DNA of 55,795 nucleotides, filler included, from Dugesia japonica (lineage: Eukaryota): assembly GCA_001938525.1 (NCBI GenBank). It is 5 parts of 5 records of this genome, joined end to end, with 100 filler letters (N's around TTAATTAATTAA, not from the genome) between each part and the next. Parts side by side here need not be neighbours in the genome. Positions count along the whole stretch, not along the records: positions 37,538 to 46,578 come from MQRL01618752.1; positions 46,679 to 55,795 come from MQRL01627205.1; 3 more parts are not named here. One strand, written 5' to 3'. The position numbers were made by a program, and so were the translations under genes. Every line of letters starts with the position of its first letter. Within the stretch, counting starts at the first letter, position 1. Of this stretch, positions 38,200 to 50,934 are shown piece after piece. The notes beneath the pieces are model-generated. The model was given only the letters and a program-made list of their open reading frames with translations. It was not told the origin of the DNA and made no database searches.

Positions 38200-39170
38200 T
38201 TGCTAAATGAGGTGAGATCAATTTTGAGATGAAATGAACTCTGCACTTGGTGATAAAATCTTTATAATCACACGAAATAAAATTTAGTATATGAAAGTCT
38301 TCGTATGGTGTTAATCGACTTTTTATTTAATTCTGATAAGTAAACTAATTATTCCAGTTCAAACAAGTGTTTCAGTATTTAAAGTACCGGTTTGAAAGAG
38401 AAAATATAAGATCATCTAGATTTTCAATATCGATTAGTTGGTTTGATTGTTTTTATTTTTAAAGAATAAACAACTTAGGCCAGAAAGAAATTCGAAATTA
38501 ATAACGATCAATGGAGTCCATTTTGATAAGATACTCAACTATAATTTAATAACACGTTTCTCTCTAAATGTCACAAATAACGAACTTTATGAAAGAAAAA
38601 TCAACATAGAACACCGGCAACATATTCCGTGGATGTCAGGTACATCCTCTAAAGATAATTGGAATGATTAATTTCACACATAATTTTATTTTCAAATTAA
38701 AACTAAAATGTTTGTAATAAAACAATTACAAATAGAAATTAATCATTATTAAAAATAATTTATCTTAATTTCTATTGATTGAAATAATTCTCTTATAATG
38801 AACATTGTTGATATACTATCAGTCGACGTGATCCGACGATTATAAAACCAAGGGCAACCGCTGGAAAAAGCAAACAAACGTGTAGCATTCGAGTTTGATA
38901 TAAAAGAAACCAAAGGAACCTGCTGTTTTCCCACAGATTCATTGGACAAGTCTGAACTTCTGATAAAATGCTTGCAGGCTCTAAAGGCTTACTTTAGCAA
39001 ACGTATAGTGGGGAAGGAGGAAAAGAAATGATCACCTACAAATGCCTAGCAATAAATTTAGAAGTCAATGAAATATTTATTCAAACACTGATGATGCAGC
39101 TTGTCTTCAAAAACAGTTTGTGCACAACAACTACATATTAGATATTAAATCGGAGAAGAAGAAAGAAGAA
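38200..39170 (+). mobile_element. Non-LTR (RTE-like) retrotransposon 3' remnant
   Basis: FKYR, VTNNELYER and a GAAGAA-type tail near 39155; heavily decayed. Confidence 0.4.
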
Positions 39171-39348
39171 ATAATATTAATATTACTAATATTAAACACA
39201 ACTTTTATTCGGTAATTTACCAACAAATTTGATTGATTTTTAATTTAAGATTATTATTTTTCTAATACTTTTTATTGATTATACTATTGATTTTTATAGA
39301 AAAAATAAAACAAATCTGATTTCAAGCATTTTTCAGGAAAGACATTTT

Positions 39349-39709
39349 TTAATCAAAAGTATTATTTTCGAAATTTATAGCATATCGAAAAGAGCATCTA
39401 ATTTAATCAGAATTTCAGAGTTTTTGATATATTTAATAAAGTAAAAATTTTTCAATAATCTAAATTTGTTATGAAAAATGAATTTACNNNNNNNNNNNNN
39501 NNNNNNNNNNNNNNNNNNNNNNNNNNNNNNNNNNNNNNNNNNNNNNNNNNNNNNNNNNNNNNNNNNNNNNNNNNNNNNNNNNNNNNNNNNNNNNNNNNNN
39601 NNNNNNNNNNNNNNNNNNTATCAAAAACTCTGAAATTCGAAAAATTCTGATTAAATTAGATGCTCTTTTCGATTTGCTATAAATTTTGAAAATAATACTT
39701 TTGATTTCA
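39349..39709. repeat. Long inverted repeat (~80-bp arms) flanking a gap, MITE or fold-back
   Basis: ATCAAAAGTATTATTTTC...CAGAGTTTTTGATA versus TATCAAAAACTCTG...GAAAATAATACTTTTGAT. Confidence 0.8.
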
Positions 39710-40555
39710 ACAACAACAAATTTATTCTTTTATTTATTATTCTATTTAAATTTAAAAAATCCAAATCCAAACTTCAGATATTTGCAATTGTTATTTTTTT
39801 CATTCCAATACACTGTAGTGCACTGTGACAAAGACTTTTTAAAATTAATTTTAAAACAAAGAGTTATTAAAGATTTAAAATTTTAAAGTTCAAAGACCAC
39901 GCCTAGCCTCTAATTTTTATGATCAGCACTTGAATTTGATATTATCGGATAGGCAATTGAAAACTACCTATACATTGTTTAAAGGATTACTATGGTAAAA
40001 TGTATACTTTGCGAGAAAATTTATTTTAAAACNNNNNNNNNNNNNNNNNNNNNNNNNNNNNNNNNNNNNNNTTTTTTGATAAAACTGTGTGTATGTATTT
40101 GTGTGCTTGCTGTGTGTTGGTTTATTTTGTCTTTCCTTTTTAGATTTCTATATTAAATTCATCTGTTAAACTTTTAAGTAAGATTTTATGTATATAAATT
40201 TAATTTTCTTATATTATAGGGATCCAATCAAAATCCAGCAATTTATTATCAGGTAAGAATTTGATTAAGGAATAATGAAAATAATTCTTTTGCAGAAGAC
40301 AAATTACAGGAAAAATTAATTAATTATTAAAAGTTTAAAAAAATAGAAATTTGATTTATTTTCCAAATTCAAGTGTAGGTCCAACATTTTTTAATAAATA
40401 AAAACAAATAAATGAAGATTAAATGAAATGATTTGATATTTCATGGTCATATTTGATAAGTATATGTAGAAAACATGAAGTTTTAGTTTAATAAAATAAG
40501 TAAATTTATGAAAAAAATTTATTCCATTCACTCAATTATAAAAATGGTTTTATTG

Positions 40556-40940
40556 TTATAAGCAACAGGCTCTTTTCAAAATCGAAGGTTTTCTTAATTT
40601 AATAACATCTGAAGCTGAAATGATTAATACAGAACTTGAAAAATACTTTTCCAACAAAAAAATTACTTTGAACATCAATCATATCTGAATATCCATGAAT
40701 TTGTTCCCAGATTTGAACTGCTCTAGAAAATCCAATATCGACATTAGTGTTCTCTTTGGCGCTAGTCGGTAAATATGGGATTCCATTTTCCAACCAAGAA
40801 AACCCTGTGTAGTTTGACTGATCAGCCTTACTATCTTTCTTTGTCATATCAGATATTTTCACNTCCTCTTTGGTGGATAAAGAAGCAGAACATTTTTGTT
40901 TAGTAAATTCCGCAACTTGTTTTAATGATTCACCATGTGT
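40556..40940 (-). CDS. RAB9: Rab9 exons 3-4 (40940-40667 and 40614-40556)
   Basis: THG...ENGIPYLPTSAKENTNVDIGFSRAV...IDVQ|TSDVIKLRKPSILKRACCL*; G5 TSAK and C-terminal CC; 52-nt GT-AG intron. Confidence 0.85.
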
Positions 40941-41130
40941 CTATAGACTAAAGTTTAATTTATCATTTCATGTGATTTTAAATTAATCGAATTAAATTCC
41001 AAAATCGATCATTAAATATCAATAAAATTTTTTTCAGAGAGTATTGAAATATTTTTATTAATAAAACTTTAATTGGTTTTCAATTCATAAATTACCGATT
41101 TTACATCGTTTATGAATACAATATTTTTTT

Positions 41131-41320
41131 ACAATTGCAATTATTGCGAGAATAATTGTTGGACTTAAAACTATTGATCGTTTTATAGAATTCATTTAAT
41201 ATAAAAGCTTTAATCAAAATTTTGGTTTTTTNATTGATATTGGATAACAAATGGATATTTCGACCTTGTCTTCGTCAGGAATCGACTTTTGTTATATTAA
41301 GCTTTTATATTAAATGAATA
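41131..41320 (-). ncRNA. Fold-back repeat copy B with a minus-strand hammerhead core (~41253-41286)
   Basis: attc-CTGACGA-a-GAC-aag-GTC-GAAA-ta-TC; same tail as copy A; the right arm is reduced to AAGCTTTTATATTAAATGAAT. Confidence 0.65.
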
Positions 41321-41399
41321 CAATATTTATTTAATTAATTAGTCAATTCATTTTAATTATCATTTTGAAAAATTGATGATTTAGATAAATTCTGCTTTA

Positions 41400-41990
41400 C
41401 ACTGCTTTCATTGGTTGTCAAATGATATTCGATTAATCATGTGTGTGCTTTATCATTTATAATACCACGAAAATTTATTGGGTTAACAATTTAACAAAAT
41501 TTTCGTATTTGTTCGAGTAATTTATAGTGGAAAAATTGATTTTGAGAAAGATAAATAAGAGTAATAATTTTTTTCTAACTTTAAAGCCAGTTGAAATCAG
41601 AATATTTGAAAAATACATAAAATATTTTTTTTATCATTATTACTTATCATTTTTGTTTACTAAACAATTTAAAAATTTTTGAATGAGAGACGTTGATGAT
41701 TATATTTCATAATCCAAGCATCAATATACAAACAATTCTTTCAACTAAATTAGTAAACGTTTTTTGAATTTAAATTTGAATTTTTTGTTTTTATAATATA
41801 GATTTCTAATTTAATGTTAGGATTTTAACAATTTAAATTTTTGACAGTATAATTGCTTAAATCTTTGTTTGAATGATATCATATTTTTCATTTTGTCTGA
41901 TGACGACGGTTGATCCGTCAAAATATTTATCAATAAAGTTTTATTTTAAACGGCATTATTTAATTTTTACTAAAATTTGACATTATTTTT
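41400..41990 (+). mobile_element. Deleted Penelope-like remnant with a degenerate hammerhead and AATAAA
   Basis: VDD and NPSINIQ fragments; CTGATGA-c-GACGG-ttgat-CCGTC-AAAA (GAAA mutated) at 41897-41923, then AATAAA. Confidence 0.55.
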
Positions 41991-42170
41991 CTTACACACA
42001 CACATATATATATGTGTGTGTGTGTTGTTGCAAAAATAGGAATACAGTAGTATCACATCAGTGAAATTAGTTGCAAATTAAATAGTTTGCACTCATCATA
42101 TAATCATATTTTATTTAAACTAATAAAAATTCACGTATTTTATATTAACTTTTTTATTTTTTGTAGCTGA

Positions 42171-42438
42171 CCCTACAGTGTGTAATTGTTTTTTAAATAA
42201 AATAAATCGTACATAAAACATATATTGGAGCATGAAAAAAAGAAATAAAATAAATATTTTATTATTTTTAGTATTTATACATAAAAAGTATTTTAAAAAA
42301 ATAGTTAAGTAAATTTTAAAAAGATTTAAAAAATTTAAGTATTTAAAAAAGTGGAACAGGGCATAAGTTGTTATTTATGCTGTTGTTCAATAAAATATCA
42401 AAGAAATATGCACATGTGCATCAATGCACACTGTAGGG
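42171..42438. mobile_element. piggyBac-like MITE
   Basis: CCCTACAGTGTG...CACACTGTAGGG|TTAA; the left TTAA is degenerate (CTGA). Confidence 0.7.
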
Positions 42439-43123
42439 TTAATGCGGCAATATAACCATGCTGATCATTTTTCGAAAGAGAAGCGCAAATGGATTTTAAA
42501 AATACTGAAAAACAAAGAATTTTAAGTGTAATAGATGAGTTTTTTATTTTTTTAACCAATGGGACCCACTATTTATCGACTATGTGAGAAATTTGAGCAG
42601 ACAAGTAGTATCCAAAGCACACGCAAGAGTGGTAGATTAATTATTGTGACCACTCTAGTGAAAGGCATTCACCCAACACAACTAAGTCTACATTAACACT
42701 TGACTAATTAGTTATAAGTCAGTGAAAATTAATCAACTAGAATAAATTAATAATATAAAACTCTAATTTATTTTTCAGTAGTTTCAGTTTGGTAGAATTA
42801 TTAAAGTATAATATCATATATCAAAGTTAAGTTAATAATAATTAAGTTAATAATTTCGGAATACACTTCAGAACCAATAACTAATAAGTTTTTCTGTTAT
42901 TATTAGATTAATATTACTAAATTGATATTATCTAATTATTCAGTTATCTCAATATTACTAGGATATGAATTATCATATTTATGCTTATAATTAATACTGA
43001 AAATTGACTTTATTATTAAGATATTTTGGTGTGTTGAAAGTTTTTGATTTAATTTTATCGAATATATGATCGTTTTTACATTTTTAGGTTATATACTAAA
43101 TTTCATTTTAAAGAGTAGATTTT

Positions 43124-43265
43124 ATAATTACAATTATTGTGAGAATAATTGTTGGACTTAACCATTTATCGTATTTGAGATTTCATTAAAATAAAGTAAT
43201 AACTTCGATCAAAATAAAATGAATTTGAATTTCTTTACAAATACATTTTATTTTGATCGAAGCTT
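43124..43265. repeat. Fold-back repeat copy C (tail plus short hairpin, no hammerhead)
   Basis: Same tail as copy A; arms CTTCGATCAAAATAAAATG / CATTTTATTTTGATCGAAG. Confidence 0.75.
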
Positions 43266-43624
43266 TTTCTTTATTTTAAAGAAGTAGATTTTATATTTTA
43301 TTAAATACTAAATTAGAATTAATCTTAATATGAAAATATTTTTTTGAATGAATTTTAATACTTCAGAAAGTTGAGATTAATTATAAATTATTAAAGTTTT
43401 AAAAGAATTTAAGTTTTGCTGATTTTTGAAAAAAATATTTTTTGGTTTAAAGCATTATGCGGAATATTTGTTTATATATTCACTTAAAGAAAATAATAAG
43501 CGAAAAGTTCAAAAAAGGTTGGAATTTATTGTCAAGGACAGAATTGTTTTAATGAATAAAATAAAATTATGTTGAAAATAATAACCTATAATTAATTAAT
43601 AATAATAATAACTAATAAATAATT

Positions 43625-43845
43625 TACAATTGCAATTATTGCGAGAATAATTGTTGGACGTAACCATTGAACGTTTTTGAGATTTCATTAATCTAAAAGC
43701 TTCGATCAAATTTTTTTTATAATATTTTGAATTTTCGATATAGTTTTCATCGGAATTGATTTTTTCAATTCCTGATGAAGAATATTTCGAAAATTCGAAA
43801 TAATATCAAAACGATTTTGATCGAAGCTGCTATTTTAATGAAAAC
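43625..43845 (+). ncRNA. Fold-back repeat copy D, with a plus-strand hammerhead (43765-43800) and a degenerate minus-strand copy
   Basis: aattc-CTGATGA-a-GAA-tat-TTC-GAAA-at-TC-gaa; stem II shows a compensatory change relative to copy A. Confidence 0.68.
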
Positions 43846-43949
43846 TAATAATTAATTAATAACAACTGACGATAATTTTTATTAAACCAGCAAATTGGAA
43901 ATCATTTCTATTACATACAAATATACTTGCTATATAGTTTTTCATTTAT

Positions 43950-44830
43950 TTAGACAAAAAGAAAAACTAAATTCAATTTTTATGATCATTCAATCTTAAT
44001 ACCTATAATTATTTGCAAAGAAAATGGAGTGTCAAATAGAATAATACGGTCATTTCCGACATATATTATTATTAAGTCAATTGAGAAGTTATAGCACTGG
44101 AAGCCGCTAGAACCAACTGTGTTGTTTATGGAAAGAATGCAGCTGTGGAGTATAACACGAAAACGGTTTTTCCATTTCAAAGAAAGTAATTTTGACAAAC
44201 TTTTTTCAACGTTCTGAAAGACAATCAAACCTTGATGAGGATTATATGATGTCTTATTTTATTAGAATTCAAGCCAAGCAACTCCGGAATTATTCATTCT
44301 GATAGATTATAACCAGTGAACTAAAGTGAGACATTTAAAATCCATGGACAAAGTTCAAAATATGTGCCACATGCTTTAACTAAAATCAATAAAAATCAAC
44401 ATGTCAACATTTGAGCCTCATCGCTAGCTCATCATTACTTAGTTCGTCAAGTGTGCCTTTACGAGAACACCAAGAAAATAAAGAAATAACTTAGCCCTAA
44501 CAAAAAGGCAACTTCTCCAGAGAAACCTAATACTCAACCGTGTAAAGTGATGTTGTGGGACAAAATGATGTCATATACTATAAATTGCTTCCAAAAATAT
44601 AACTATTACTTCCAGCATTATTAATGCCAATAACTTAATCATATTGAAGCCACAATCAAAGAAAAAAGACCGAAAATAAATCATAAAGTATTTTTGTAGC
44701 ACGATAACACTCAATCTTCCACTGCTAACATCACAAAGGCAGAGTTTCAGGATCTTGGTTGGGAAGTCATTCTACATCTACTTTACTCTTCACGTTTCGT
44801 TCCATCATATTTTTGCCTGTTTCAATTTCT
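43950..44830 (+). mobile_element. mariner remnant inside Rab9 intron 2
   Basis: HDNTQSST and LGWEVILHLLYSS..VPS.FCLF motifs; many stops. Confidence 0.75.
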
Positions 44831-45263
44831 AGCTAATAAAACCAACATTAATCGTGTCATTGATGAAATTAGAGCTGATTTGTGTGAAAAAGTTACCAAA
44901 AAAAGGGGTTTCAGAATCACATTTCTTAAAGCGTCCAGATGCAATCATTTACAAGAAATGATTTTTTAATGAAAATTTTATGAACCAATATTTAATATAA
45001 ATATAAATCACATTGGCATCTTATATATCGTTTTCTTTTTATTTCAAATTAAAAATATTTAGCTGTTATTTAATAACCCTTATCTGTATTCAACTTCATT
45101 CTTATATAAAATTGAGAGAAACATAATTTATCAAAATAACTCAATAGATATCTAATTACTAGTTTTATAAATTTCCTCTGCACTGTACAGAAAATAAAAG
45201 AAACGTTGGCTGAATCGATTAATTAATGAATTAGATTTTAATCAAATTTCAATTGAAACTTAC

Positions 45264-45739
45264 TGCACACCAATCAAGAATTTTTTGTTCTTCAACATTT
45301 TCCATATTTAAATCGCATTTATTTCCGAAAACAATAAAAGGAAATTTCGTATTTTGTTGGCCGGAATATCTGAGAAATTCTTGCCACCAAACCTCTAAAT
45401 GATCAAAACTATCTACATTATCAAATGAAAATGTTAATACACATATATCAGCTCCACGATAAAACGGTGTTCTCAAACTCCGATATTTTTCTTGTCCAGC
45501 CGTATCCCAAATCTTGATGATAAATTTTATAGCACTTTTTACTTTATTATAATAAATCTTGCTTGCAATAGATATCTCTGATTGTTTACAACGATTTCTT
45601 TTCGAAGAAATTCTACCCCAATTGTATGATAATTGTCCTCTTTATATTTGTTTGTAACATATCGTTGCATCAATGAAGACTTTCCAACATAACAATCACC
45701 AAGAAGTATTACTTTTAATAAAATTACACAATCTGACAT
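45264..45739 (-). CDS. RAB9: Rab9 exons 1-2 (45739-45563 and 45512-45264)
   Basis: LLKVILLGDCYVGKSSLMQRYVTNKY...HTIGVEFL..|[24 protein letters not shown]...FPFIVFGNKCD; SLRTPFYRG is typical of Rab9; 50-nt GC-AG intron. Confidence 0.92.
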
Positions 45740-46679
45740 TTTTGAGAGTAATTATTTATAAAAATGAAGTTATAAATTTTCTTGGTCATTTTTTGAAATA
45801 TTTTTTAATAGTTTTCACTTGTTAACAAAGGTCAATCAAAGAATAAAGTTCAATTTAGTTTTTTATGATTAAAAATAATCAATTAATTTAATCAATTAAT
45901 TATTTTCTACTTACAGACTTTAATATAGAATTTGACAATTACTATTTATTTGTAATTTTGAAATTTAATTAAAAATTTTAATTAATGAAATTTTCCACTT
46001 GTGTTCAAATAGATGAAATGATAATAAACCTTTCAGCAGAAATTATAAATTGTTTTGAAGATGTTATAGTTGCTTAATAAAATTTATACTTATCAGTCAG
46101 TTAATTACACGCACATACACATCAACTTAATTTTAATAATTTAGTTTATATTATATGGTATAATATTAAAATTATTTTTTGAAATATTTATATATTAAGT
46201 ATATTTTTTAGAAATTATTTGAAATATTTTATTGTAAAAAATGTATTAGTAGATTTTTGAAATAGTACACATTTTTCGAATGTTTTCCAATGGTTCCTAT
46301 TATTTTTCTGTTCATTCTAGAACCAATAATAATATATACACACAAATATATAAAATCAAATTTTACTAAATAATTCATTTTTGAAAATGACAGATTTAAT
46401 CGCACCTCAATATGACACTATGAAATGATTAGACAATTTGGGATATGCAGCAAAGATAATGAAGATTTTTAGATGGGCAATGAAAGAAATGTTGGATGTA
46501 AAGTTAATTCAATCATTGATTAAAGATATACTTTGGATTATCATAAGTATTTATCCAGATGTGTAGAGAACAGAGCAGNNNNNNNNNNNNNNNNNNNNNN
46601 NNNNNNNNNNNNNNNNNNNNNNTTAATTAATTAANNNNNNNNNNNNNNNNNNNNNNNNNNNNNNNNNNNNNNNNNNNNT

Positions 46680-47910
46680 TAATGTCGTGTTTAAAATCAA
46701 TATTTTTGTCTAAATTTAATTTTGATTTTTCTTCGCTCATTTTTTTAAAAATGATTTAATTCTAATTAATTTTAAAAATAAAGTTATTTTTTTTTACTAA
46801 AAATAATTGTTCCATGCATGGAACTTTTTAACCAATCAATTTAATTCAAAACGAACAATGGCATTGTTCACTTTCTAAAAATAAATTATTTAATTTTCGA
46901 TTTATTTTTAGAATGGTACGGCGCGCCGTACTTTTCTATTTATAGTTATTATTAAAAATTTTNNNNNNNNNNNNNNNNNNNNNNNNNNNNNNNNNNNNNN
47001 NNNNNNNNNNNNNNNNNNNNNNNNNNNNNNNNNNNNNNNNNNNNNNNNNNNNNNNNNNNTTTTTTTATTGTTTTGAAAACAAAAAAGACTATAAATTTTT
47101 TATTAATAAAAAAAATCTAATAATTGTTAGAACTAGTATTTAAATATTTCTNNNNNNNNNNNNNNNNNNNNNNNNNNNNNNNNNNNNNNNNNNNNNNNNN
47201 NAAAAATAATTTAATTCTAATTAATTTTAAAAATAAAGTTATTTTTATTTACTAAAAATAATTGTTCCATGCATGAAACTTTTTAACCAATCAATTTAAT
47301 TTAAAACGAACAATGGTATTGTTCACTTTCTAAAAATGAATTATTTAATTTTTCAAATTTAATTTTCGATTTATTTTTAAAATGGTACGGCGCGCCGTAC
47401 TTTGCTATTTATAGTTATTATTAAAAATTTTATTTTCAAATTAATTTGTTATATAAATTTAATGATGTTATTTTTAATAAATTTATTTTGTTAATTCTTT
47501 TAATAATTTTATATTTAAATAATTTTATTTTTTTATTGTTTTGAAAACAAAAAAGACTAAATTTTTTATTAATAAAAAAATATTCCAATAATTGTTAGAA
47601 CTAATATTTAAATATTTCTATATCAATTTTTCATGATAATTAAATCCATCATTTTGCTATAATTAATAATTTAATAAATTAATAAACTATAAATAATTTA
47701 CCTTATTATNNNNNNNNNNNNNNNNNNNNNNNNNNNNNNNNNNNNNNNNNNNNNNNNNNTTAATAAATTTATTTTGTTAATTCTTTTAATAATTTTATAT
47801 TTAAATAATTTTATTTTTTTATTGTTTTGAAAAAAAAAATAGACTTTAAATTTTTTATTAATAAAAAAAAAATCCAATAATTGTTAGAACTAGTATTTAA
47901 ATATTTCTAT
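46680..47910 (+). repeat. Tandem array of a ~470-bp AT-rich unit with a GC palindrome, possibly a Helitron-derived concatemer
   Basis: GTACGGCGCGCCGTAC at 46916 and 47385; other segments occur three times; gaps blur the copy number. Confidence 0.8.
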
Positions 47911-48953
47911 TTAAAAAGCATTTAAATCTGAAGACTGCGTTGGCTGGTTAATGATGGTAATGCTGGGAACAAGTCTCCGAAGTCATTGAAGTGTTTAACA
48001 TTATTCTTTCCAACGTGAGGGCGAGCATTGTCGATTTGAATAATCACATTCTGACACTATTGCACTTTTTTGCTGATTGTTGACACAATTTCATTAGTAA
48101 TCTGGTCGAAAAAATTATCTGCCGTTATTAGACAATCAACTTTGTAAATATCATTCTTATTATGACTTTTAGAAGAACGCCAGACTTCGACATGTTTCTG
48201 AATTCTTTAAATAACAATCAATCCATTAAAGCCATTTCTCATATCAGGCTTAATAATAGCTGAAAGTATGATGATTTTTGATTGATTACCTTTAATGAGT
48301 AATGACTGTTTCTTCGTGGACTGTTATCAGGATATCAATGGAAAGGATATAACTCAAACCACTTCTCATCTATATGAACATGAACATTCCATAGATTATA
48401 ACGATTCTGTCTACTCCATTTTAGCTTCTATAATTTCTGATAATCACTTAAGCGAGGACTGATTCTTAGGGCAAAAGTCTTATTCTTTCTTTGATAATTC
48501 TTCGAACACTAATATTAGGAATATTAGTCTCTTCAAAAAGAGACGCAATGCTAGAGAATTAGCACTAGCAAAAATCTTCGACAACTCATTGTCATCTANN
48601 NNNNNNNNNNNNNNNNNNNNNNNNNNNNNNNNNNNNNNNNNNNNNNNNCTGAACCACTCTTTTTTATCCAGTATACCTTTTTCAAAATATTTTGTTCTTA
48701 AATTGTAGGCATAATCTTTGTTATCATGGAATGCGTCGCATAAATTTTCCATTTTACATATTCTGGTAGCACTTTTCCAATTTTCATATGAATACACTTA
48801 TAGTGAATTAGCAATAATAGTTTTTAATCATCTGATAGCGTCATAGTATCTAAACAATATTATTTCAGCTAAACAAAAAAGAATTACTAACGTTTTTTTA
48901 AATTTTGGTTGTTAACAATAAATAAATGAATCGGTTTTTTTTATGGTATACAG
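47911..48953 (-). mobile_element. Second IDEKWF-type mariner-like remnant
   Basis: HVHIDEKWF and QIDNARPHVGKNN motifs; 5' end TA|CTGTATACCATAAAAA resembles the end at 20258. Confidence 0.8.
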
Positions 48954-50934
48954 TAAGTATATATATTTATTTAGAGTGTTTATCATATATGTTAACATAC
49001 TTTCATTTCATATTGCAAGTTTGAATTAGATATTGGTACNCCAAAATTCAGAATTAAGAAAAAAGGCAATCAAGAAAGAAACATCATTTTATCACTCCAC
49101 CACCAAGTAAACAAATTATTAAATAATTAATGGAAAATCTTAAAAATACTGAAAGTGTAAATGGTAAAATAAAATCAAGTCGATTTCGTTCTATTATAAG
49201 GAAAGAAACCATTCAGGTTTTTTTTGATAAATGCTTGAGCAATTGATTAATTTATCAATCTAACAAAGTGCTCTTAAATTAGACATAAATGTTAGCAGCG
49301 ACTGCAATGCCACTAAATTGGTAAGGTTTCACTCATTTAAACTGACTACAATAATTAAGCTTTGCAAATATGACTTTGATAGATGAATCGAGTAAGTAAA
49401 AAAATATTAGCAGAATATTTAAAACCCTTCAATTAAATTTTACATGTACATTGCAGAAATTTTCAAATTAAAAATAAGTATAAAACGTTTTACACTTAGT
49501 ATTTATATTTAAAATTCTTTCAATTAAATTAAAAATTTTAAATTACAAATTTCTACAATGAAATTTTAAATTTACATTTAAAACTGACTTTACATTAAAC
49601 TGACTTTTTTTCTTTGATGTTGATAAAAAAAATATGAAATCCAAGTAAGATACATAGACCATATAAATGTATATCGTTTTTTGCTATTGATGAAAGTTTT
49701 TAGATTTTATTTTTATTAAAGATGCCATAATAACGACCGATATTCAGCTTAACTATGAAAGAAAACATACTATAAATGTTGCTATAAAGACAAAAAATAT
49801 TTCTAAAGCCACTAGATATTTATAATTTTTGTTAAAAGTTGCAGACTGAATATTTTGATAACAATTATTAGGAGAGAACAATCAATGGATGACCAACAAA
49901 ATAAAACTAGATTAATTAAAATTAGATTAATTAGAAAGTTAATTAGATTTAAAAGAAATTTAATATCCAGCAGAAAAATATATGATTTGACTTTTTCGGA
50001 TGAGAAGAGCTTTGACCAATATATTACAAAGCTAACAAACGAAATGACAGATGATCATGCAATGCCTCCTTATTTCTTTCTTTAATGTCATAGTACTAAG
50101 TCTGATGCTATTATTGATTTTCATATAATTAGATTTAATTTCTGGATTTACTTTATATGAAATGTAAAGATACATCCGATTACTACGGGTGGAGCGTTAA
50201 ATAGAGAGAGGCCAGTAAATTCCTTAACACCACAAATGATTTTTTCCAAGTTGTAACATTAAGAATCGTTTAATTCAACCACATAGACGTTATTGTAGCT
50301 GATTGTGTCTTCATTGAAAAAAATTATAAAAATATACATTATTCCTTCGTTAAAGTGTTATTCCATAATAAAATTAGTTAATTTTTTTTATTAGATATAA
50401 TATCTAGAATAGTAAAAAGAAGAATAATATTAGAAGCTTACCAGAAATGTTCTAGTTAAGATGAAGCACTTAAATGATCTTAATTACATCATTAATTGTG
50501 TTGGAAATCTAAATCAAGAGGTTACATAAGTAATTACACATAACTGACGATCTTTAGCTCATATTTAAAGAAAATGAAATAATTTTAATTAAAATAAATT
50601 AATTATAATAATTCATATTAATTATTTTAATCACGCAGTTTAATTTATATTATAAATAACTTTAAGCAGCTACTATATATAATATAAATTTGTAAAAAAA
50701 AATAAAACATAAATAAAAAACAAGATAAATTAGATAATAAATAAATAATTATCAATATTTCTTTAGGATGACATTAATCCGGTTCTCATGAAAATTGAGA
50801 TGAATAATAATATCGAAATGTAATAATAATAAATCAAAATGTCATTAGAAATAAAATTTTATAATAAATAATGTGAATTTTTTGATAAATAAAATTTCAT
50901 AATTTAATTCTTAAAAATAAATTCTATGAATTAG

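Noticed and set aside
41994-42025. Palindrome (AC)n(AT)n(GT)n, and a hairpin at ~55363-55392
   Set aside because: Explained by simple microsatellite symmetry or a local inverted duplication.
49030-49325. Possible host exons (CAG|GT at ~49216; TAG|...|GTAAG at ~49282-49320)
   Set aside because: No recognisable protein, and upstream frames contain stops; support is insufficient.
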